From a virus (Duplodnaviria > Caudoviricetes), in IMG/VR virus record IMGVR_UViG_3300012983_000044, positions 1-64,000 of that record: DNA of 64,000 nt, one strand, 5' to 3'. The notes under the pieces were generated by a model. The model saw only the letters and a list, made by a program, of their open reading frames with translations. It made no database searches and had not been told where the DNA came from. The position numbers and the translations under genes were made by a program. The stretch's first letter is position 1; every line of letters begins with the position of its first letter. Shown here piece after piece: positions 57,059 through 64,000 of the stretch.

Positions 57059-57328
57059 ATGGGCCAAATGCTTAACTACACTCTGAATACCAACAACCAG
57101 AATGAGGCGCTTTTCATCATGCGGGCTGGCAAGGACTACGTTTATGGTACGATGCCTTACGCCAGGGCCGCGAAGATGTGTGAGGACGGAAAAGTCACCA
57201 GGGGCGACAATGCGGACTATCCCGTGGCCGTGGATGACAAGTATTTCTTTAGCGGCCAGGTGGTGGAAGAAGTGGCCGCTGAGGCTGTTGAACCCGCCAG
57301 GAAACCCAAGAGAAGGTCAAAGAAGTGA
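57059..57328 (+). CDS. Hypothetical protein
   Basis: Biased codons, RBS, basic tail. Confidence 0.6.
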   Translation: MGQMLNYTLNTNNQNEALFIMRAGKDYVYGTMPYARAAKMCEDGKVTRGDNADYPVAVDDKYFFSGQVVEEVAAEAVEPARKPKRRSKK

Positions 57329-57344
57329 CGGGGAGGACAGAAAG

Positions 57345-57587
57345 ATGGCAAAGAAAATGTACCGCTACTACTGCATTCTGCGCCCGCCGATGATCGGCAC
57401 AGTGCCACGCGGCATGGTGAATATCGTCTGCTTCGACAATCGGCGCTATGTGGACGAGATCGAGCGAGAAGCCTGGGGCTATGTGGAGTACAGTAAGAAG
57501 CTGACACCCCAGCAGGTCATACAGTTCGAGATGGCAGTTCCCGTGAAGAAGCATGGTGGATGCAACGGGGATTACTGCGAGATATAG
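57345..57587 (+). CDS. Small protein resembling the DarA C-terminal (polyvalent-protein) domain
   Basis: YRYY...RP..IGT.P, FD.R, AWGYVEY...LT.....FE pattern. Confidence 0.55.
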   Translation: MAKKMYRYYCILRPPMIGTVPRGMVNIVCFDNRRYVDEIEREAWGYVEYSKKLTPQQVIQFEMAVPVKKHGGCNGDYCEI

Positions 57588-57596
57588 GAGGACAGC

Positions 57597-57887
57597 ATGG
57601 GATATTCGAGGATAGAGCGCGAAACGACCATCATCTTCAACGAGGAAGAATCCACTGCCAGCGTGTGGACGTGTTCGCCAATGACGATGCGAAAACTGGA
57701 CAAGCTGTGCGACGAGCTGCCGGACACCTACAGGTGCGTGCTTGTGGATGATAAGGCCCAGGCGAAGCGGTACGAGATGCCGAAGAAGCTGGTGTCTTTC
57801 AGAAAGCCGAAGGTGATGTCGGAAGAACAGCGGGAGGCAACGGCAGAGCGCATGCGTGCGGTATGGCAGGCTAAAAAAGAGGAATAG
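57597..57887 (+). CDS. Conserved phage hypothetical protein
   Basis: ERETTIIFNEEE..ASVWT....RKL.KL...PK.LVSFRKP. Confidence 0.7.
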   Translation: MGYSRIERETTIIFNEEESTASVWTCSPMTMRKLDKLCDELPDTYRCVLVDDKAQAKRYEMPKKLVSFRKPKVMSEEQREATAERMRAVWQAKKEE

Positions 57888-57959
57888 CTAATATTGCCGT
57901 TTTGCGCTGGTAAATAAAAGGGTTGCGGAGCGTTCACTGTACGGACGATAATTCCCCCA

Positions 57960-58436
57960 TTGAAAGCGGTGGACGCTTCGCAACAAAGCAAAATACCGGG
58001 CGAAAATGGGAAAGATATACATTTGGAGGATTGCACAATGGCTGATATGGTTGAACATCCGTCCCATTACTGCATGGGCGGCATTGAGTGCATAGACGCG
58101 ATTAAGGCGGCGCTGGGTGATAAATACATAGGGTTTCTGGTAGGGAACGTCATCAAATACTGCTGGCGCTACGAGCACAAGAACGGCGCGGAGGATTTGC
58201 GCAAGGCGAAGTTCTATCTTGAACAGGCGATAGGAGAGATGGAAATACAGAATGTGGTGTACACCAGTAACCGCAGGGATGTGGTGCTGTGCCAGGATTG
58301 CAAGCATCGCGGTACAAAGTATTGTATATTTAGCCATGTGGACGAATGGTTTTTAGAAGGCTATGGGAGTAAAGATTTTGGCGATGATTGGTTTTGTAAG
58401 GACGGGGAACGGAGGGATGATAAATGCGCCCGATAG
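57960..58436 (+). CDS. DUF3310 (SaV-like) protein with Cys-rich tail
   Basis: VEHPSHY..GGIECIDAI, GNVIKYCWR..HKNG.EDLRKA. Confidence 0.85.
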   Translation: MKAVDASQQSKIPGENGKDIHLEDCTMADMVEHPSHYCMGGIECIDAIKAALGDKYIGFLVGNVIKYCWRYEHKNGAEDLRKAKFYLEQAIGEMEIQNVVYTSNRRDVVLCQDCKHRGTKYCIFSHVDEWFLEGYGSKDFGDDWFCKDGERRDDKCAR

Positions 58437-58727
58437 ATGCGGATGCCTTGAATAAGACGTTGCAGGAGCGCGTCGGTAGCCCAAAGAGTGATGAACTCTA
58501 TGAGGTCAATCTTGTGTATCATTGAAGCGCCCACGCTTGCATTTCGAGAAGAGAGGCTCGGAAAATGGATACGCAGGGGATGCACAGGAAGGCCGCAGTA
58601 TGACCCAACAACAGACTACTATGGGTATGCACATAGATCTACTAATTGCGGAGGCGCATCTTATTTTCCGTGCGATTACCCGGACAGCTTTTACAGAAGA
58701 TGCGGAGTAAAGATGGATGGAAGGTGA
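58424..58727 (+). pseudogene. Degenerate RPIDADAL-type zinc-ribbon gene
   Basis: MRPIDADAL start is out of frame with EAPT...GKWI...; zinc-ligand Cys positions appear decayed (RSTNCG, FYRRCG). Confidence 0.5.
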
Positions 58728-59007
58728 AAGTATGATTGACATATCTGCACCGGATGACCTGGTTTGCAACGACTGTGCAAACTACGACACGTCTGAATGC
58801 GTCTGCATGTTGGATTGGACAATACAAGCATGAGTAAAGCAATGCGCAAGCCTCGTCCTTCAATGCCGCGTTGGTGGTGGCTTGGACAGGATGGCTGCTG
58901 GTTCTGCAAGGGCCGCAACAACTGTAACCAGTGCAAGGCGGCGCGAAGCTCTGCCAAGGCCGTGGAATCCGGGAGAAAACGGGACAAGCAACAAAAGCTG
59001 AGGATGA

Positions 59008-59673
59008 ATGACTATGAGTAGATCATCGGCATACCGCGCCACTCGCGGCTATGAGAACTGCCAGAAGCGCATTTATGATGGCGTGGGCGAGTACAACATC
59101 CCGGCGCTGGAGCCGGTGACCTATCTGCCAAACGTGGAGAGTTGGATCAGTTTCAACAAGACGCGCACGGTCCGGAGGATGTACGACAAGGGCGTTCACT
59201 TCTTCATCGACGACTACCAGTTTCAGCGCGTTTGGGATCAGCCCGATTCCTATGTTGACATGCTCGCTCATTATGCCGCTGTTTGTACGCCTGATTTCTC
59301 GCCCTACAGTGATTTTCCAAAGGTGATCCAGCTCTATAACCACTACCGCAAGCACTGGCTGGGAGCCTACTGGCAGGAACACGGCATTACCGTGATCCCG
59401 ACCATCACCTGGTCAAGCCCTGACACGCTGGAATGGGCCTTCGATGGGGAGCCGGTGGGCGGGATCGTGGCGCTTTCCAGCGTGGGAATGTTCGATAGCA
59501 CAGAACACAGGGCGTGGCTGATAGATGGCTACGAGATGATGCTGGACGTGCTGATGCCGACAAAGGTGCTGTGGAAGGGCAAGGTTCCGGATGAACTCAA
59601 AGATGATGAGCGGATCATAGTAATGAAAAGCATATTGGACGATCTGCATAAGCTGCCGAGAAAGAAGGGGTGA
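59008..59673 (+). CDS. DUF4417-family protein
   Basis: HFFIDDYQFQRVW, TPDFS.Y.D.P, IPTITW, AFDG.P.GGIVA.S.VG. Confidence 0.82.
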   Translation: MTMSRSSAYRATRGYENCQKRIYDGVGEYNIPALEPVTYLPNVESWISFNKTRTVRRMYDKGVHFFIDDYQFQRVWDQPDSYVDMLAHYAAVCTPDFSPYSDFPKVIQLYNHYRKHWLGAYWQEHGITVIPTITWSSPDTLEWAFDGEPVGGIVALSSVGMFDSTEHRAWLIDGYEMMLDVLMPTKVLWKGKVPDELKDDERIIVMKSILDDLHKLPRKKG

Positions 59674-60326
59674 TGGTGATGCCGAAAGGTGGAAGCGGAT
59701 TCAGAAATGCGGCATGGAATGGTGCTGTTAAGGCTGGTAAAGGTGCTTCACGAGATTGGCGACTGTCTGATCCTACAAAATATGCCAAGGATATACAAAA
59801 GGCATTCCAGAGCATGTATCGCTCAGGCATTGTCATACAGCGCGACGAACGTGGCAGGGTGATAGGCTGGAAAGGGACAGATGAGGCAATTATGAAGGCT
59901 GGGGAGAGACTGCTAAATCTTGCACAGCGTATGTCAAATGACCTGGAGCTATACAATCCTGAGCAAGCAAGAGAGTATTCGATTTTACGTCAGAAGTATG
60001 GCAATGCGATTAGCGTCAGCTCCAAGGACTGGAAAGAATTTCTCAATACCAAACGAGCCAGAGATACTGTACTTATAAATCCTCGCGGACGGCGCGGGAT
60101 CGCCTCTGGAGCAGACGCAAGAGCTGAGGAAGTCGGAGGCGAAGGTGGAAACGTTGTGAATACGCTACATTCCATGAACGAGGCATTGAATGATCAGAGA
60201 CGTATGATATGGCGAAAGCCTATGGACGGCGGAGAGCGAAATGAATACGTTGGGAATATCAATGAAACGTTGATAAAGCAATACGAGAGAGCGGAGAAAG
60301 CAGCTTGGAAAAGGAGAAAAACATGA
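59670..60326 (+). CDS. Hypothetical basic protein coupled to DUF4417 gene
   Basis: Overlapping start; PKGGSG N-terminus. Confidence 0.6.
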   Translation: MMVMPKGGSGFRNAAWNGAVKAGKGASRDWRLSDPTKYAKDIQKAFQSMYRSGIVIQRDERGRVIGWKGTDEAIMKAGERLLNLAQRMSNDLELYNPEQAREYSILRQKYGNAISVSSKDWKEFLNTKRARDTVLINPRGRRGIASGADARAEEVGGEGGNVVNTLHSMNEALNDQRRMIWRKPMDGGERNEYVGNINETLIKQYERAEKAAWKRRKT

Positions 60327-60871
60327 CGGAAAACATAAAGGAAACCGTTCAGGATATAGTGAGACTGCTGGCTCCTATTGATGGTGATGAAAATGATGAA
60401 TACGACAATGATCACTTTACCACGTCATTCAAGTTGGCGGTAGATGCTGCACGAAAATGGCGGGATGGGCATGGTGGAAATGTTCGCGCCAGCATTAGTG
60501 TACAATGGGATGAGAACGGAAAACCTATGGTAACTATTACACCCATTGGAGAATCAGAGGATGAGCAAAATCATTGACTTTATTTCAAGATTCAAGGGCA
60601 GCGAGCACGTTTTTCTATATGGGTGTTGCTACTGGTTTGCGTTTATCCTGAGCAATCGGTTTTATGCCGAATACCCGGAGATCATGTATGAGCCGGTTGA
60701 AGGACACTTTGTCACAAAGATAAAAATGGCCGCTACTACGATGTTCGCGGAGACGTGACGGATGAATATTGCATCAAATCCATGTATCGTCTGGAGGATA
60801 TGGCGCAGGGAGATAGTAGCTGGTACAGGCATTTGATGCGGGATTGCAGGGACTTTGAAAGGGTGGAGTGA

Positions 60872-62674
60872 GTGGAAAACAGGGACAGTGTGGTGGCGAA
60901 CCTCGAAAGATTGCGCGATGAAATGAAAAGCGGTTCGGTACGAACAACGGTGGGAGCCAGTGGTGTAGTACGGCGCATGGACTGGCTTGATGATGCCATA
61001 GCCATGTTGCAAGCCCAAAAACCTCATCTCATAACAGCGATGGATTTTGAGAATAACCCTAATGTTGATGACCTTGGTCGCCTTGCCGGATGGCTTGAAA
61101 CACGTCCTGGAGCCGGAGAGGAATTTGAGCGAGAGGGCTGGGTAACTATCAATAAACTTTTCATGGAGAACAACAAGTATAGAGTTTGGACAGGGAAGCC
61201 ATCTGAGCAGCAAAAGAGGGAGGAGAAATGGGAATGACGATTGATCGGATAATAGATTTGCTCAAAATTGAGCAAAAGTGTATACTTCGCAACACTAATA
61301 ATGAGTGTAACAGACAGTGCGGCGAGTGTGATTTGGTGCAGGACGATGGCGAACTCTATGAGATGTACAATTATGCGATTACTGCATTAAATGCGCAGAA
61401 ACCAAGATTGATGGCATTGGAAGAAATATCGGCTATACCAACGGACACCGAAGGCAACGCGCCCGTATGGATGGAAACAAGGATCATGAACAACAAGGGC
61501 GAGCTGACTTATTTTGAGGCCAGCATTCTATGGTTTGTCGAAGACGGCTGGTGGCGTCGATTTGATCCTGTTCGCACTGGATGGGAGGACAGAAAGGCGG
61601 ACACTTACGGCATTACATGGCGCTGCTGGACATCGCCTCCCGACGAGAAAACGAGGAATGAAACGTCATGGGACGTTTGAAACGATGGCCGATGCCAAAG
61701 AACGCGCATTTCTCGCACTACTGCTGCCATTGCAAATACTGGGCGTTTATCAAAGATGTTGGATGTGCGCATATTGGAATATGCAAAACACCATACGGTG
61801 AACCTGTCGAAAGAGATGCGTATGACAAACCCTGCGGATTATGGAAGGAGATGAAATTAATAGATGACAGATACCGATAAGCTGAACAGGGCGATAGGCA
61901 GCCTGGAGCTTTGTCTTAAAGGTCTAAGTGATCTGTGTCCATATAAGAACAGCGACGCGCCGGGAGGATGCAGGGATGAGCTGATGTATGACGCCATGAC
62001 GCTGCTGTGTGCGCAGGTGCCGCGAGTATTGACGTTGGCTGAGGTTCTTGAATCGGAGGTTTTATATGCGGAGGATATAGACAAAAAAGATGTTATTCCT
62101 GTTTTGTTCAATGCCCGCTGGGGTGACCAAATTGTTTTGATAAAGCCCCATTTATACGGCGGGAGGTCGCATAAGTTTTCGGTTTTGATATGTGATTACG
62201 GGAAACGTTGGCGCTGCTGGAGTAAAAAGCCAACGGATAAACAGCGGCTGGAGGTGGAATGGGATGATTGATCGGCTGAAGGTCATCAATGGGCTGGAAT
62301 GCCACGTAAATGGGCACCCGCATACGCGATGCCATAAATGCCCTTATTGGGGAACCGGGCCGCACGGAAGTTCAGAATGCAGCGTACTGGCTGCTGATGC
62401 CCTTGTCCTGCTGAAAGCACAGGAACCGTGCTTGATGACGTTGGATGATGCAATTAATTCTGAAATGGTTTGGGTCGAATGTTCTAATGGTGATGGTGGC
62501 TATGGAACATGCAGATTTGTTGAGATTTACGGAATGATTGCAGCGGAAGTATTTATGTTGAAAAACAAATATCCAGAACGTAACCGTTTGAATCCAGAAA
62601 AGTATTTGAGGGAGTGGCGCTGCTGGACATCCTGTCCGACCGACAAACAGAGGGAGGCGACACCGTGGGCGTAA
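60872..62674 (+). repeat. Array of four paralogous small ORFs (60872-61237, 61228-61680, 61864-62271, 62264-62674)
   Basis: Shared AQ.PR..(T/A)L.E and Y...WR.W...P...R....W C-terminus. Confidence 0.75.
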
Positions 62675-62876
62675 GCGTTATGAAGATTTATGAGTATACC
62701 GTTGAATGTGATAATTGTAAAGCGCTTGAAGTATATCACTCTTTGGATTGGGATAACGGCATACAGATTCACGACAAACGAACAGCACTCAAGGCCAGCG
62801 GATATAAAGTGCGAAATGGACAGGTGCTATGCCCTGAATGTTTGAAGGAAGATGACATTATCAGGAGGAACAATCC

Positions 62877-63194
62877 ATGGAGATAAGGGATGACATGATT
62901 TCGAGGGCGGCGGCGATTGATTATCTGATGACCAATATGGGATGGCATGACGAGGACGGATATGAAGTTGACGATGCTGACGAGAAACGTGCCATCATAA
63001 CAGATTTGGTCAACGGGATTCCTGCCGTGGACGCTATGCCGGTGGTACATGGACGGTGGAAGGAAAGTAAATGCCTTGATGAATGTTTCTGGATATGTTC
63101 AAATTGTGGTTTTCCAAGTGAAGCACTTGCCGCGCCAAAGCTATACAAGTTTTGCCCGAATTGCGGCGCAAAAATGGACAAGGAGGCGAGATAA
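62877..63194 (+). CDS. Zinc-ribbon hypothetical protein
   Basis: ISR.AAI, VVHGRW, CSNCG, FCPNCGAKMD. Confidence 0.7.
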   Translation: MEIRDDMISRAAAIDYLMTNMGWHDEDGYEVDDADEKRAIITDLVNGIPAVDAMPVVHGRWKESKCLDECFWICSNCGFPSEALAAPKLYKFCPNCGAKMDKEAR

Positions 63195-63601
63195 TGGCTG
63201 AATTTGTTACGGTCATGTCGGAGTTTATGCGGCTATGTGACAGCTTCGACCTGTGCGAAAAATGCCCTGTAAATCAAGAGGGTTTTAGCTGTGATTGCGA
63301 CCATCAGGGCTACTCAAAGACAGGCGCGGCAGAGCTTGAACACATCATCATGACATGGGCCGCAGACCACCCGGAGCTGGTTTATCCGACATGGGGCGAA
63401 TGGCTGGAACAGCAAGGGATTTGCTTTAGCTCTCTAACACATCGCAACCATGTTGGTGGCGTAATAATTCCTGAAGTATTCAATTATCAAATCGAAGGCA
63501 AAACAGCTTTTATGTGCGGCAATAAGGTGAATGAACCCATCCCCGACGACATTGCGCAGAAGCTGGGGATGAGCCGAAGGTGGGCGCATGAAATGCTGTG
63601 A
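63194..63601 (+). CDS. Cys-rich hypothetical protein (paralogue of 54825-55151)
   Basis: MAEFVTVM...WAADHPELVYPTW...PIPDDIAQKLG. Confidence 0.65.
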   Translation: MAEFVTVMSEFMRLCDSFDLCEKCPVNQEGFSCDCDHQGYSKTGAAELEHIIMTWAADHPELVYPTWGEWLEQQGICFSSLTHRNHVGGVIIPEVFNYQIEGKTAFMCGNKVNEPIPDDIAQKLGMSRRWAHEML

Positions 63602-63883
63602 GAATTGCGCGTGGTTTGAATCTGAATGGAGATGATAAAATGGAGATGATAAATCGTAGCGAGCTGATACGGGCAATCAAATGCAACCAACGAAATCGCC
63701 GTGGTGAGTATTTCGACTGCAAGATGGAATATTGCCCTTACTGGCGGGAGGACAAGGAAACCGGGTATTCTATTTGTGATACCTACAAGATAGAATCTGA
63801 TGCGGTTGAGCTTCTGACGATGGACACAGTATTGGAGGATGACCTTAAATGACAGACCAAAAGCGAAAGGCGGTGAAGTGGGA

Positions 63884-64000
63884 ATGATTGGTAAGGACAA
63901 GGTGCTGATTGGTCTTGGACAGCATATCAGTGGCAGAACGCCACAAAGGTGTGGAAACTGCCCGTACTTCAACGGCGATTCTGGATATGGAGTTTCCTGC
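63884..64000 (+). CDS. Partial ORF; N-terminus resembles 62264-62674
   Basis: MIGKDKVLIGLGQHISG...RCGNCPY versus MIDRLKVINGLECHVNG...RCHKCPY. Confidence 0.5.
   Translation, partial: MIGKDKVLIGLGQHISGRTPQRCGNCPYFNGDSGYGVSC

Noticed and set aside
23000-64000. Third DGR variable region
   Set aside because: I saw no further copy of CGGAGCGTCAGGTCCGCT or the hairpin by eye; a computational search of the full genome is still needed.

Overview
A 64 kb stretch of a temperate siphovirus genome (SPP1-like head genes, long non-contractile tail). The host is probably a Clostridia-type Firmicute, inferred from gene families and sigmaA promoters. Order on the + strand: terminase, a promoter/terminator/tRNA-Trp cassette, portal, minor head, an extra tail-tube paralogue, scaffold, major capsid gene split by a group I intron carrying an HNH endonuclease, connectors, tail tube, tail chaperones with a -1 frameshift, tape measure, and a large tail-tip/fibre protein. 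A complete diversity-generating retroelement follows (target, avd, TR, RT), then lysis genes, an intact attP (3' half of tRNA-Ser GCU flanked by arm repeats), integrase and cI on the - strand, and a long early region. The early region holds replication genes with iterons, an RNA array (tmRNA, two tRNA-Thr, a UUA-anticodon tRNA, a tRNA-like RNA with a 66-nt insert), recT split by a second group I intron with a GIY-YIG endonuclease, a second remote DGR target, DNA-modification and nucleotide-metabolism genes (several broken at G8-G9 tracts), and many small Cys-rich ORFs. Highlights: one TR driving both a virion target and a non-structural early-gene target; poly-G switches, one of which breaks two overprinted methyltransferase frames at once; a tRNA-scaffold ncRNA; and a repeated WT..G..IT motif in four places, including the duplicated tail-tube protein. 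All analysis was by eye; family names come from recognised motifs, not database searches.
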